From contig CAYWKB010000001.1 in the NCBI GenBank assembly GCA_964459225.1, positions 289,318 to 353,317 on the forward strand: 64,000 bases of DNA. The letters are read 5' to 3'. Position numbers and translations under genes: made by a program. This DNA is from an uncultured Candidatus Saccharibacteria bacterium. GTDB lineage: Bacteria; Patescibacteriota; Minisyncoccia; Phycocordibacterales; PALSA-1337. The stretch's first letter is position 1; each line of letters begins with the position of its first letter. Positions 10,714 to 20,508 of this stretch are shown one piece after another. The notes beneath the pieces are model-generated. The model ran no database searches. It was not told where the DNA came from and saw only the letters and a list, made by a program, of their open reading frames with translations.

Positions 10714-10721
10714 AAAAAACC

Positions 10722-11069
10722 ATGTCACGATCACTTAATAAAGGACCATACGTTGAAGAACGACTATTGAAAAAGATAGCCGGCAAAAAACCTACAGAAA
10801 CTGGGGTTATTAAGACATGGTACAGAAGAAGTCAAATTTCTCCTGAAATGGTTGGATTTATTTTTGGAGTATACAATGGACGTCAGCATATAGACGTTTT
10901 GGTTTCAGAAGAAATGGTAGGTCATAGACTTGGTGAATTTGCTCCAACTCGTAAATTCATAAGACATGGAGGTAAGATGCAAAAGGAATTAGAGCAAAAA
11001 GCAAAGGAAGCAGAAATGAATGCAGCTAAGGCGGCAAAGGAAGCTGTTGCATCTCCAGCTAAAAAATAA
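10722..11069 (+). CDS. rpsS: 30S ribosomal protein S19 (with Ala/Lys-rich C-terminal extension)
   Basis: [12 protein letters not shown] ... [29 protein letters not shown]19 motif; ~25-aa KA-rich tail. Confidence 0.9.
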   Translation: MSRSLNKGPYVEERLLKKIAGKKPTETGVIKTWYRRSQISPEMVGFIFGVYNGRQHIDVLVSEEMVGHRLGEFAPTRKFIRHGGKMQKELEQKAKEAEMNAAKAAKEAVASPAKK

Positions 11070-11083
11070 TTTAAATAAATAAC

Positions 11084-11476
11084 ATGATAACCGCATCACT
11101 AAAAAACTATAGACAGTCACCAAGAAAGGTAAGAAGTGTGGCAAATCTCGTGCGCGGTAAATCAGTTGATAATGCATTAAACACTTTAACTTTCCTAAGT
11201 AAAAAGGCAGCTGATCCAATATTTGGACTTATCATGTCAGCTGTTGCAAATGCAAAAAATAATTTTCAAATAGAAAAGGACTCTCTTATCATAAAAGAAT
11301 TAAGAGTAGATGCAGGACAAGTTTTAAAAAGAAGAATGCCACGAGCACGTGGAAATTCATACCCAATTAATAAAAGAACAAGTCATGTTCTTATTGTCCT
11401 TGCACCAGCAGAAATAAAAGAAAAGAAGGCAAAAAAGACTGCTGTTAAAAAGGAAGTTAAAATAGAAAATAAATAA
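11084..11476 (+). CDS. rplV: 50S ribosomal protein L22
   Basis: 130 aa; L22-like (RQSPRKVRSVANLVRGKSV); operon order. Confidence 0.9.
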   Translation: MITASLKNYRQSPRKVRSVANLVRGKSVDNALNTLTFLSKKAADPIFGLIMSAVANAKNNFQIEKDSLIIKELRVDAGQVLKRRMPRARGNSYPINKRTSHVLIVLAPAEIKEKKAKKTAVKKEVKIENK

Positions 11477-11477
11477 C

Positions 11478-12155
11478 ATGTCACATTCAGTACACCCATA
11501 TTCACATAGATTAGGAGTAATAAGAGACTGGAAGAGTCGCTGGATTGCTCGTGATAAAAATTACAGAACAGCATTAAAGGTTGACTTAATTATCCGTAAA
11601 TATCTTACAGACGCTCTTAGAAGTTTTTACCTTTCTGATATACAAATTGAAAGAAATCAAAAATCTCTAAAAGTAATAATAAGATCATCACGTCCTGGAA
11701 TGATAATAGGAAGAAGTGGAGATGGAGTTACAAAGCTACGTGATAAGATACTTGCTCTACTTAAAAAGAGAGGAATTGACCTAGCAGGACAAGAATTTAA
11801 ACTAGATATCGAAGAAGTAAGAAGTCCAGAATCAAATGCAGCGATAGTTGCTATGATGGTTGCAGAAGGATTAGAAAAGCGTCTACCTTTTAGAAGAGTT
11901 ATGAAGCAAACTCTAGAAAAAGTATTGGCAAGTAAAGAAGTAAAGGGAGCAAAGATAAAACTTTCAGGAAGACTAGGTGGTGCTGAAATGGCAAGAAGAG
12001 AAGATTTGAAAAAAGGACAAATTCCTCTTCAGACATTGCGTGCTGATATTGATTTTGCTCGTGAAAAGGCACATATGACATACGGAGATATCGGTATCAA
12101 GGTATGGATATACAAAGGTCAGATTTTTGAAAAGGATCTTAAAAATATAAAATAA
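11478..12155 (+). CDS. rpsC: 30S ribosomal protein S3
   Basis: 225 aa; KH-domain region and GRLGGAEMAR motif; operon order. Confidence 0.93.
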   Translation: MSHSVHPYSHRLGVIRDWKSRWIARDKNYRTALKVDLIIRKYLTDALRSFYLSDIQIERNQKSLKVIIRSSRPGMIIGRSGDGVTKLRDKILALLKKRGIDLAGQEFKLDIEEVRSPESNAAIVAMMVAEGLEKRLPFRRVMKQTLEKVLASKEVKGAKIKLSGRLGGAEMARREDLKKGQIPLQTLRADIDFAREKAHMTYGDIGIKVWIYKGQIFEKDLKNIK

Positions 12156-12159
12156 ATAT

Positions 12160-12591
12160 ATGTTATTCCCTAAAAAAGTAAAATTCAGAAAGTGGCATAC
12201 AGGCCGAACAAATGCAAAGAAGCTCGCAAAGGGTGTAGATACTCGTGGAGTTAAGCTTTCATTTGGATCATATGGACTAAAGGCCCTAGCTTATGGTAGG
12301 CTTTCATCAAATGAGATAGAAGCAGCAAGAAAGGTTATGGCCCGTTATGCTACTAAATCAGGTAAGGTATGGGTACGTGTTTTCCCAGACAGACCTTTTA
12401 CACAGAAGCCACCTGAAGTTAAGCTTGGTAAAGGAAAGGGTGAACCAGTAGGTTTCGTAGCTCAAATCAAAGCAGGAAGAGTACTTTTTGAAATTGATGG
12501 AGTTGATGATAAGGTTGCACAAGAAGCTTTGAGAAAGGCAGGTACAAAGATTTCAGTAAAGACAAAGGTTGTTAGTAGAAATATGATGTAA
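12160..12591 (+). CDS. rplP: 50S ribosomal protein L16
   Basis: 143 aa; KKVKFRKWHTGR L16 N-terminus. Confidence 0.93.
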   Translation: MLFPKKVKFRKWHTGRTNAKKLAKGVDTRGVKLSFGSYGLKALAYGRLSSNEIEAARKVMARYATKSGKVWVRVFPDRPFTQKPPEVKLGKGKGEPVGFVAQIKAGRVLFEIDGVDDKVAQEALRKAGTKISVKTKVVSRNMM

Positions 12592-12605
12592 TAATTATAA
12601 AACCA

Positions 12606-12794
12606 ATGAAAGAATTAAAGAATAAAACTCCACAAGAATTAAAGAAGCTTATAGAAGAAAAGCGTGAGGTTATTCGTAATTTTAGATTTGGAAGTGCAGG
12701 AAGTAAAACTAAAAACGTAAAGCTTGGCTATACAACAAGAAAGGAGATAGCAAGAATAATGACAGAATTGTCACTTAGATCAAAAGTAAAATAA
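12606..12794 (+). CDS. rpmC: 50S ribosomal protein L29
   Basis: 62 aa helical protein between L16 and S17. Confidence 0.8.
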   Translation: MKELKNKTPQELKKLIEEKREVIRNFRFGSAGSKTKNVKLGYTTRKEIARIMTELSLRSKVK

Positions 12795-12804
12795 TTTAAA
12801 AGAT

Positions 12805-13074
12805 ATGACAGCAAAAACAATACAAAATAATATGGTAGAAAAAAAGGCACAGAGAAAAACTCTTTCAGGTGTTGTTGTATCTGATAAAATGAAGGACACA
12901 ATTGTAGTTTTAGTGAATAGATATGTAAAAAATGAAAAGTATCAGAAATTCGTAAATATTCACAAGAAATACAAAGCTCATGATGCAGGAAATACAAAAA
13001 AGATTGGAGACAAAGTGACTATCGAATCATGCAGACCAATGTCAAAGGATAAGTCATTTATAGTAAAAGTATAA
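12805..13074 (+). CDS. rpsQ: 30S ribosomal protein S17
   Basis: 89 aa; RKTLSGVVVSDKMKDTIVV S17 motif. Confidence 0.88.
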   Translation: MTAKTIQNNMVEKKAQRKTLSGVVVSDKMKDTIVVLVNRYVKNEKYQKFVNIHKKYKAHDAGNTKKIGDKVTIESCRPMSKDKSFIVKV

Positions 13075-13084
13075 CAATAAATAT

Positions 13085-13456
13085 ATGATACAACCTAGAT
13101 CAATAGTTAAAATAACAGATAATTGCGGAGCCAAGATTGGAAGAATCTTTAAGGTTCTTGGAAGTTCAAAAAAGAGATATGCCGAAATAGGTGATCTAGT
13201 TATATTGTCAGTACAAAAAGCTGAACCAAGAAAGGCGATAAAGAAAAAGGATGTTCTACAAGGTGTGGTTGTACGCCAAGTAAAGGCATATAGAAGAAAG
13301 GATGGATCATATATAAGATTTGATGAAAATGCAGTTGTTATTTTGGAAAAGGGTAAAAAGGATCCAATTGCAGGACGTATATTCGGTCCTATACCACGCG
13401 AATTAGCAGAAAAAGGTTTTCAGACAATTGCCTCAAAGGCCCCTGAAATAGTATAA
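13085..13456 (+). CDS. rplN: 50S ribosomal protein L14
   Basis: 123 aa; MIQPRSIVKITDNCGAK L14 N-terminus. Confidence 0.93.
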   Translation: MIQPRSIVKITDNCGAKIGRIFKVLGSSKKRYAEIGDLVILSVQKAEPRKAIKKKDVLQGVVVRQVKAYRRKDGSYIRFDENAVVILEKGKKDPIAGRIFGPIPRELAEKGFQTIASKAPEIV

Positions 13457-13467
13457 ATTTAAATACC

Positions 13468-13713
13468 ATGACAATCAAAAGAGATGACAACGTAATAGTG
13501 CTAACAGGAAAAGACAAGGGAAAGACTGGTAAGGTTATTAAGGCTATGCCAAAGGAAAACAGAGTAGTAGTAGCAGGTATCAATATGTATAAGAAAAATC
13601 AAAGACCAACAAAGCAAGGTCAAAAAGGACAAGTAATAGAAAAAAATGGTTCAATACATATTTCAAATGTTGCTCTAGTCGATGCAAAAAAGTCTAAGAA
13701 GACAAAAAAATAA
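13468..13713 (+). CDS. rplX: 50S ribosomal protein L24
   Basis: 81 aa; KRDDNVIVLTGKDKGKTGKV KOW motif. Confidence 0.85.
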   Translation: MTIKRDDNVIVLTGKDKGKTGKVIKAMPKENRVVVAGINMYKKNQRPTKQGQKGQVIEKNGSIHISNVALVDAKKSKKTKK

Positions 13714-13719
13714 AATACC

Positions 13720-14292
13720 ATGACAACACATAAACATACAGCAAAAACTACATATGAAATGAATAAGGAGTCATTTAAGACTTTAAAGGAAAAGTTTGGG
13801 TATACAAATCCTATGCAAGCTCCAGTACTAAAGAAATTAGTTATAAGTACAGGAACAGGATCAGTAAAGGATAAGAAAAAGGTTGAGCTAATAGCAGACC
13901 GTCTAGCTAAGATTACAGGTCAAAAGCCAGCACCAAGATCAAGTAAAAAGTCAGTTGCCTCATTTAAGGTAAGACAAGGAGACTTGGTTGGATATCAAAT
14001 AACTCTAAGAGGAAAGAGAATGTGTGATTTTATAGATAAGCTTGTACACATTGCATTACCAAGAACAAAGGACTTCCGTGGTATTTCAAAGACTGCAGTA
14101 GATGATATGGGTAACTATACTCTAGGTATAAAGGAACATACCATTTTCCCAGAAACAGCAGATGAAGATCTAAAAGATGTATTTGGATTTGCTATAACAA
14201 TAGTTACAAGTTCAAAAAAGAAAGATGAGACATTAGCATTCCTTGAATATCTAGGTTTCCCATTTAAGAAAGAAGAGGCAAAGAAAAAATAA
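13720..14292 (+). CDS. rplE: 50S ribosomal protein L5
   Basis: 190 aa; L5-like (NPMQAPVLKKLVISTGTGS ... TLGIKEHTIFPE). Confidence 0.92.
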   Translation: MTTHKHTAKTTYEMNKESFKTLKEKFGYTNPMQAPVLKKLVISTGTGSVKDKKKVELIADRLAKITGQKPAPRSSKKSVASFKVRQGDLVGYQITLRGKRMCDFIDKLVHIALPRTKDFRGISKTAVDDMGNYTLGIKEHTIFPETADEDLKDVFGFAITIVTSSKKKDETLAFLEYLGFPFKKEEAKKK

Positions 14293-14318
14293 ATATATAA
14301 TATAATTTAAAATAAAAA

Positions 14319-14348
14319 ATCTTAGCTCTGCTAGGATTTTTTATTTTA
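14319..14348 (+). terminator. Rho-independent terminator ending the ribosomal protein operon after rplE
   Basis: 8-bp stem atcttagc/gctaggat (one G-U), loop tct, followed by tttttatttt. Confidence 0.6.
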
Positions 14349-14413
14349 TCAAGATTTTATTCAAATTTTATATGGATAGCAAATCAATAATCATTGTCAA
14401 TGTCTGTTCTGTA

Positions 14414-15349
14414 CTATCTCGCCTTTATGAAAAGATAGATATCCTCAAGTGCCTTCACTGCATCTCCTGCAGCTATATTGTTTTGATGATATAGGCCATC
14501 TGTACAATCTCCAGCTGCCCATATGCCGTCTATACTAGTCTTTTGATTTTTTGGGTCTACAACTATATGATTGTATGGAGTTAATTTGACTAAATCTTTT
14601 GCAAAATAAGTAGTTGGTAGGGAACCGATTTCGACAAATATTCCTGTTGTACTTATTTCATTTTCATTACCCGACTTTGTATCAGTGTAAATTATTGAAC
14701 TCACAAATTTATCTCCTTTAACTTCTTTTACAATTGCGTTTTTAATAATTTTAAAATTTGGATGTTTTGAAACTGCGTCCACAGTCACTGGATCTGCTTT
14801 AAATTGTTCTGTTCTGTTTAAAAGGGTAACTGATTTACAATATGCGAGTAATTGTGATGCACTTTCGAATGCTGCATTTCCTCCACCTACCACAATCACA
14901 TCTTGATCAGCAAAAAGGGGACCATCACACGATGCGCAGTATGTAAGTCCTTTGTGTTCAAATATATCGGCTCCTTTAGCCTCTAATTTACGCCTAAAGC
15001 TTCCTGTGGCGATTAAAACTGTCTTTGAGGTGTATTGTACCGTCTCACCACCCTTTTTGCTTATAATCTTAAATCCACCCTCAGTCTTTTCAATCTTTTC
15101 GCATGATTCGCCTTCATGTATATCTACTATATCTTTTGAATATGCTTTTAAATGACTTTCTAAACTCTTAGCAAAATCAGCACCAGAAATCTTGACTGTA
15201 CCTATCCAGTTTTCAATTCCTTCTGAAACTGTACTTTGGCTATTCCAATCTTTAGTTATAAAAAGCGTCTTGAGTTCCTTGCGTGCTGCATAAACTCCTG
15301 CAGCAACACCCGCAGGTCCACCACCTATAATTGTTAAATCATATTGCAT
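14414..15349 (-). CDS. trxB: thioredoxin reductase-like FAD/NAD(P) disulfide oxidoreductase
   Basis: 311 aa; N-terminal FAD motif IIGGGPAGVAAGVYAAR; redox CxxC (CASC); second dinucleotide fold VVGGGNAAFE. Confidence 0.8.
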   Translation of the reverse strand: MQYDLTIIGGGPAGVAAGVYAARKELKTLFITKDWNSQSTVSEGIENWIGTVKISGADFAKSLESHLKAYSKDIVDIHEGESCEKIEKTEGGFKIISKKGGETVQYTSKTVLIATGSFRRKLEAKGADIFEHKGLTYCASCDGPLFADQDVIVVGGGNAAFESASQLLAYCKSVTLLNRTEQFKADPVTVDAVSKHPNFKIIKNAIVKEVKGDKFVSSIIYTDTKSGNENEISTTGIFVEIGSLPTTYFAKDLVKLTPYNHIVVDPKNQKTSIDGIWAAGDCTDGLYHQNNIAAGDAVKALEDIYLFIKAR

Positions 15350-15383
15350 GATAAGTATTATACTATAAAATTTAATTTAGAAA

Positions 15384-16622
15384 TTACTTCAACTTACTTC
15401 TTCTCAAGAAAGCTGGAACTGCACCCCAATCATCATCGTCATCTCTTGTTTCTTGTTTTACTTCTTTCTTTTCTTCAACTACTACCTTTTCTACTTTTTG
15501 ATTTTGAACTGGTGCTTGTGCTTGATTTGATACTGAATTAAATATTCTTCCGCGATTTTCATCTCTTTTAATTTCAATAGTATTGCCACCAAACATTGAT
15601 TGTCTTTGCTGTGGTTGTGCTGGAGCCCCTACTTGTTCTTGTTTTATTTGATTGTTTATCACTTCTGGGAAACCAGCTGCAATAACTGTAACTTTTACCT
15701 CATTTTTCTTTAGCTTATCATCACGTACTGTTCCAAATATAACTTTTGCATTTGGATCTACTGATTCAGTTATAACCTTTGCGGCATCTTGTATTTCAAA
15801 CATTGTTAAGTCCTCACCACCAGCAATTGAAAATAGTACACCTTTTGCTCCATTTATTGATACATCAAGGAGTGGCGAGTTTATAGCGAGTTTTGCTGCT
15901 TCTACAGCTCTGTTTTCACCCATTGCAGAACCAATACCCATAAGTGCTGAACCTGCACTTTCCATCACTGTTCTTATATCGGCAAAGTCTATGTTAATTA
16001 TTCCGGGTGTTGTTATGAGATCTGAAATTCCTTCAACTGCTTGGCGTAGTATTTCATCACATATTGAAAAGGCATTTTTAACGGTTGTGTTTTTGTCTAT
16101 TGTTGAAAGCAGTCTATCATTTGGTATTACTATTATTGCGTCTACTTCCTTTCTTAAATCCTCAAGTCCTGCTTCTGCTATCTTGCTACGTGCTTGTCCT
16201 TCAAAGAAAAAGGGTCTAGTCACAACTGCAACTGTTAATGCACCTAATTCTTTTGCTGTTCTTGCCACTATTGGACTTGCTCCTGTACCTGTTCCTCCTC
16301 CTAGTCCGCATGCAACAAAGACCATATCAGCGCCTTTTAGGGCTTCCTGAACTTCTTCTTTTGTTTCTTCAACTGCACGTCTACCCATTTCTGGATTCAT
16401 ACCTGTACCTAGGCCTCGAGTAAGATTTTTACCTAGGTATATTCTTTTTTTAGCTAATGAATGATGTAGGTCTTGCGCATCAGTATTTATAGAAATGAAA
16501 TCAACTCCCTTTACTTTAGAATTGATCATATGATTTACAGCGTTTTTGCCTGAGCCTCCGACTCCGATTACTTTAATTCTGGCAAATGCTTCTATTTCTG
16601 GGGTGATATTAGGCATAGGCAC
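15384..16622 (-). CDS. ftsZ: cell division GTPase FtsZ
   Basis: 412 aa; tubulin signature GGGTGTGASP; Q/E-rich C-terminal tail. Confidence 0.95.
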   Translation of the reverse strand: MPMPNITPEIEAFARIKVIGVGGSGKNAVNHMINSKVKGVDFISINTDAQDLHHSLAKKRIYLGKNLTRGLGTGMNPEMGRRAVEETKEEVQEALKGADMVFVACGLGGGTGTGASPIVARTAKELGALTVAVVTRPFFFEGQARSKIAEAGLEDLRKEVDAIIVIPNDRLLSTIDKNTTVKNAFSICDEILRQAVEGISDLITTPGIINIDFADIRTVMESAGSALMGIGSAMGENRAVEAAKLAINSPLLDVSINGAKGVLFSIAGGEDLTMFEIQDAAKVITESVDPNAKVIFGTVRDDKLKKNEVKVTVIAAGFPEVINNQIKQEQVGAPAQPQQRQSMFGGNTIEIKRDENRGRIFNSVSNQAQAPVQNQKVEKVVVEEKKEVKQETRDDDDDWGAVPAFLRRSKLK

Positions 16623-16661
16623 ATAATACCAGAATGGCTATAAAAAAGGAAATATTGACAA

Positions 16662-17831
16662 TTATGGCAAAAAAACTTTTAAAGAATCTTTTATTTTTTT
16701 GAGTATTCTTCCAAAAGCTTGACCTGTAGTGTCTATTGGTTTGTCTTCGTCTGCATGCATTCCAAATATACAGAGGCCATAAGCAACAGATAGGGAATTA
16801 TCTTTTAGTGAATTTATCGTACCTATTCTTGCGGGTAATTTTAATGAAATTTTTGCAAGCTCCTCTATACCTGAAAGTTGTGAACCACCACCGGTTAATA
16901 CTATTCCTGCGGGTAGGAGACCATTTCTGCCTATTTTTTTCAAATGATTTTCAATTAATTCAAATATATCCGAAACTCTTGCTGTGACTATTTCCTCTAA
17001 TTTTTTCCTTGAATATGAACTACCTGTTATTGCACCGATTTTGATTTGTTCCGCCTCCTCCAGTGAGACTTTTAATCCCAATGCTATATCATTTGTTATA
17101 TCTGTTGAACCTATTGGAAATACTTCAAGCGATACTGGAATATTGTTTTCAAAAACAGCAATTGAAACGGTTTCGGCTCCGATATTTGCAAGCACACATC
17201 CTGCGACTTTTTGAGATTTTGTAATTGTTACAAGACTTGAAGCAATAGGTGATGCCATAACGTCTTGAACATTTAAACCCGCTTCCTCAACAGCTTGAAT
17301 CAAGTCATTAAGATGATGTTCTAGAGAGGTAATATACATAGACTTTATTTCTAATTTACTACCTTTCATTCCCTCACATTTACCTAGCACAACTCTACCG
17401 TCAATCTTATATTGTACAGGTATTGTATGAATTATTTTTTTATTTAAAGATTGATTTGTTGGTATGTCTTTTTCGCATTGCTCCTGCAATTTGCGCATAT
17501 CCAATGTTGTTATTTCAAGGTCTGCACGGCTTATGATTATTGAACTAGTGCAATTAATACTAGATAAGCCTATTCCACCTATTGAAATAAACACTTTATT
17601 TACTTTTACATTTGCCTTTTTTTCGGCTTCTGAAACTGCTTTTTTAATACTACTTACCACATCATAGGTATTTAATATATAGCCATTTCTTAGGCCTTTT
17701 GATTCAGATATTCCTATGCCTATTATTTTAGGTTCACCTTTTAGATTGTCATTAGTCTTTGATGCATCAACAATAACCACTTTGACATGGTATGTTCCTA
17801 TATCTATACCTGTAATTATTGATCTCGACAT
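16662..17831 (-). CDS. ftsA: cell division protein FtsA
   Basis: 389 aa actin-fold ATPase (IITGIDIGTYHVKVV ... LTGGGSQLSGI) immediately upstream of ftsZ. Confidence 0.9.
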   Translation of the reverse strand: MSRSIITGIDIGTYHVKVVIVDASKTNDNLKGEPKIIGIGISESKGLRNGYILNTYDVVSSIKKAVSEAEKKANVKVNKVFISIGGIGLSSINCTSSIIISRADLEITTLDMRKLQEQCEKDIPTNQSLNKKIIHTIPVQYKIDGRVVLGKCEGMKGSKLEIKSMYITSLEHHLNDLIQAVEEAGLNVQDVMASPIASSLVTITKSQKVAGCVLANIGAETVSIAVFENNIPVSLEVFPIGSTDITNDIALGLKVSLEEAEQIKIGAITGSSYSRKKLEEIVTARVSDIFELIENHLKKIGRNGLLPAGIVLTGGGSQLSGIEELAKISLKLPARIGTINSLKDNSLSVAYGLCIFGMHADEDKPIDTTGQAFGRILKKIKDSLKVFLP

Positions 17832-17892
17832 TTAAATAGTGACAAAAAAGCATTTCGAAAACAGTAAAATAATTATTTAATAAACAGCAATA

Positions 17893-18279
17893 TTAAATAC
17901 CAAACTTTTTTCGAAAACGTGCTTCTATACTCTCCATTGTACTACCATGGTCGAATCCTTTCAAATGCACTAAACCGTGGATAAACAAAAAACCAAAAAA
18001 GTTTTCATAATCTCTATCAAATTTCTTTGCCATTACCTTAGTCATGTCTGGATTTATATAAATTTCACCAAATTTGTCTGAAAGAGGGAAGCTTAGTATA
18101 TCTGTTGCCTCATTTATATCTCTGTATTCTTTATTTAACTTTTTAATTTCACTTTTGCTGATTATTATTACTGACAATTCATACTTTTTACCGAGTACAG
18201 CATCTTTCATAGCCTCAAAAGCCAAGCTTGGTAGCTTGGCTTTTGTTGTATTAGTTATTGAAAACGTAGGCTCATTCAT
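17893..18279 (-). CDS. ybeY: rRNA maturation endoribonuclease YbeY
   Basis: 128 aa; ATDILSFP and metal-binding HGLVHLKGFDH (H3xH5xH) motifs. Confidence 0.8.
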   Translation of the reverse strand: MNEPTFSITNTTKAKLPSLAFEAMKDAVLGKKYELSVIIISKSEIKKLNKEYRDINEATDILSFPLSDKFGEIYINPDMTKVMAKKFDRDYENFFGFLFIHGLVHLKGFDHGSTMESIEARFRKKFGI

Positions 18280-18288
18280 CGACTGATA

Positions 18289-18534
18289 TTATTTTGAATA
18301 TCTTGCTGTCTTTTCTTGCATTTTACCCATCTTTATAAGTTCTTGTATTTCTGCCTTTCTTTTTAAAGATTTCAATGTCTTCATCTTTGTTTTGTATGAT
18401 GAAAGTACTCTTTGATTGTATCTTATGCTTCTTACTCTTGGTAATATACCTGCACCTTGTACTCTCTTTGTAAAACGACGAATAACAGCTGCGCTGTTTT
18501 CGGTTCCATTTCTAGTTATTGCTACGTTTATCAT
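18289..18534 (-). CDS. probable 30S ribosomal protein S21
   Basis: 81 aa basic protein; VIRRFTKRVQGAGILPRVRSIRY resembles the S21 core (RRFKR..AGVL..VRRR.FY); divergent. Confidence 0.45.
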   Translation of the reverse strand: MINVAITRNGTENSAAVIRRFTKRVQGAGILPRVRSIRYNQRVLSSYKTKMKTLKSLKRKAEIQELIKMGKMQEKTARYSK

Positions 18535-18590
18535 AGTTTCAATATATTATCATGCATTATATGAAAATGCAAAGGGATTTTGATAGGGTA

Positions 18591-19847
18591 CTATTTTTCT
18601 AGTTTTTTCATGTATTTTGGCAATTCATCAATAGATATAATCTCTTGCGCATGTGTATCGTTATTCCTTACTATGACTGTTTTTTCGACTGCCTCCTTTT
18701 TACCCATGATAAGTGCATATGGTATATGATATTTTTCAACTGCTGATACTTGAGCACCAAGTCTATCTCTAGCTAAAGATAAAAATAATGGGATTTTTTC
18801 TTGTCTTAAATCCTCAATAATTTTAAGGCTTAATAATTTTGATTCAAAACCTAATTGTACAAAAGAAGCAAATGGTCTTTTAACTTTTTTGATTTCTTTT
18901 CTTAATTCTGGTTTATTATTTTTAATTAATATTGAAATACCAACACCGTGTATTTCTTTTTTCAATCCTATCTTTTTTGAAAGACCGTCATATCTCACAC
19001 CCACGGCTAATGCTTTTTGATCTTTCTTTTTATTATCTTGATCTGTATTGTATATCGAAAATATTGTTTCGGTGCAGTACTTTTTATTTCCTATTAGATT
19101 ATTATTGATTTGATAAGGAATATTTAATGCTTCCATGTATTCCAATACTTCTTGAAAATGATTTCTACTTGATTCTGAAAGGAAAGACATTGATTTTGGT
19201 GCACCTTCGTTTAATTTCTTGCACTTATCATTTTTGCAACTTAAAAGTTCAAATGGATCCTTTTTTAAAAGTTGTCTGCATTCTGCATGCATGTCATTTA
19301 CATGTTTCCTATAATAATTACCAAGATCACGGGTATAGCGATTGATTGATTCCTTGTCTCCTATACTATTTATTTCAACACAAATGTTTTTGTAGCCCTC
19401 TTCCTTTAAAATCGCACATGTTGTTTGTATAAGTAATGCTTCTGCAATGCTTTTTGAGCCTCCCATTATTTCGAGATCGCAATAGCGATTGTATGTTATA
19501 TCAGATTTCTTGGATGTATTTGATTTATTGTTTTTAAAAGGCTCTCTGAAATAAAACATAATAGGTTGTGGAAGGGCATGCATATTTCCTTCATTATACA
19601 TACGTAAAAGGGCTACTTTTTCCTCTACATGCAATGGTAAATGTGATTTTTCATCATTATTTTCATCAATATAATCTCCCTCTAAAAGATTTTTAGACAA
19701 ATCCAAATCAACCTTTTTGATTTCAGGACTTTCATGTGGGACAAAACCATAATAGACTGGTATTTCTCCTATTTTATCTAAATTTTCATAAGCTGTGAAT
19801 TTTTCTATCTTTTTTTCACTTTTACTTTCTTTTGTTTTTTGAATCAT
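18591..19847 (-). CDS. histidyl-tRNA synthetase-like paralog (HisZ-like class II aaRS-like protein, catalytic motifs degenerate)
   Basis: 418 aa; class II core pattern PQPIMFYFREP ... RYCDLEIMG ... VGVRYDGL (cf. HisRS GGGRYDGL) and C-terminal anticodon-binding-like domain (IPYALIMGKKEAVEKTVIVRN). A canonical hisS is separately present at 51032-52333. Confidence 0.55.
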   Translation of the reverse strand: MIQKTKESKSEKKIEKFTAYENLDKIGEIPVYYGFVPHESPEIKKVDLDLSKNLLEGDYIDENNDEKSHLPLHVEEKVALLRMYNEGNMHALPQPIMFYFREPFKNNKSNTSKKSDITYNRYCDLEIMGGSKSIAEALLIQTTCAILKEEGYKNICVEINSIGDKESINRYTRDLGNYYRKHVNDMHAECRQLLKKDPFELLSCKNDKCKKLNEGAPKSMSFLSESSRNHFQEVLEYMEALNIPYQINNNLIGNKKYCTETIFSIYNTDQDNKKKDQKALAVGVRYDGLSKKIGLKKEIHGVGISILIKNNKPELRKEIKKVKRPFASFVQLGFESKLLSLKIIEDLRQEKIPLFLSLARDRLGAQVSAVEKYHIPYALIMGKKEAVEKTVIVRNNDTHAQEIISIDELPKYMKKLEK

Positions 19848-19866
19848 ACGGTAATTTTGTTTAAAT

Positions 19867-20499
19867 TTATACTCCAGGTAAAATATTTATTTTTGAAATT
19901 GGATATAGACGCAATAGTGGTCTGCCAACAATATAACTTTCCTCTAATGGACCCCATTCTCTGGAGTCTGAGCTGTTGGCTCTATTGTCTCCCATGACAA
20001 AGTATTCATCATGGGCTAGAGTTTTCCTGAAAGTATCATGTGTTCTGTTTGATTCTGTAACATGGCTATCGTCAATCACTATTCCTTTTGGATTTGCGCT
20101 GTTTATTATTGTTATAATTCCATTATCCATTGAAATTGTCTCATCTGGTAGGGCAATTATTCTTTTTATTAAATATCTTTCATTTTGAGCAATAGGATGC
20201 TTGAAAACAACCACATCTCCTCGCTCTGGTTTATTGAAATGATATGTAACTTGATCAACAATCAAATAATGACCAGTTGCAAATGTTGGATCCATAGATG
20301 GACCCTTAACGATAAAAGGTTCAGCGATATATGCTCTAAAAGGTATGATGATAGCAAAAGCAATAATTGTAAATTTTAGTATATCTTTAAAAGAATTTTC
20401 TTTTTTAATAGAAATATTTTCTTGATTGAGATTTTGAGTGTCCATTACTGCAATTGTATTATGGATTTTGGTTTGACACAAGATTTCTGTATATGGCAC
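19867..20499 (-). CDS. lepB: signal peptidase I
   Basis: 210 aa; TM anchor, catalytic VKGPSMDPT and GDNRANSSDSREWG S26 motifs. Confidence 0.88.
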   Translation of the reverse strand: MPYTEILCQTKIHNTIAVMDTQNLNQENISIKKENSFKDILKFTIIAFAIIIPFRAYIAEPFIVKGPSMDPTFATGHYLIVDQVTYHFNKPERGDVVVFKHPIAQNERYLIKRIIALPDETISMDNGIITIINSANPKGIVIDDSHVTESNRTHDTFRKTLAHDEYFVMGDNRANSSDSREWGPLEESYIVGRPLLRLYPISKINILPGV

Positions 20500-20508
20500 A
20501 ATGGTGTC

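Noticed and set aside
18591-19847. Calling the HisRS-like paralog HisZ (ATP phosphoribosyltransferase regulatory subunit)
   Set aside because: No hisG or other histidine biosynthesis gene is in the window, and this lineage type usually lacks the pathway. It is reported only as HisRS-like paralog.
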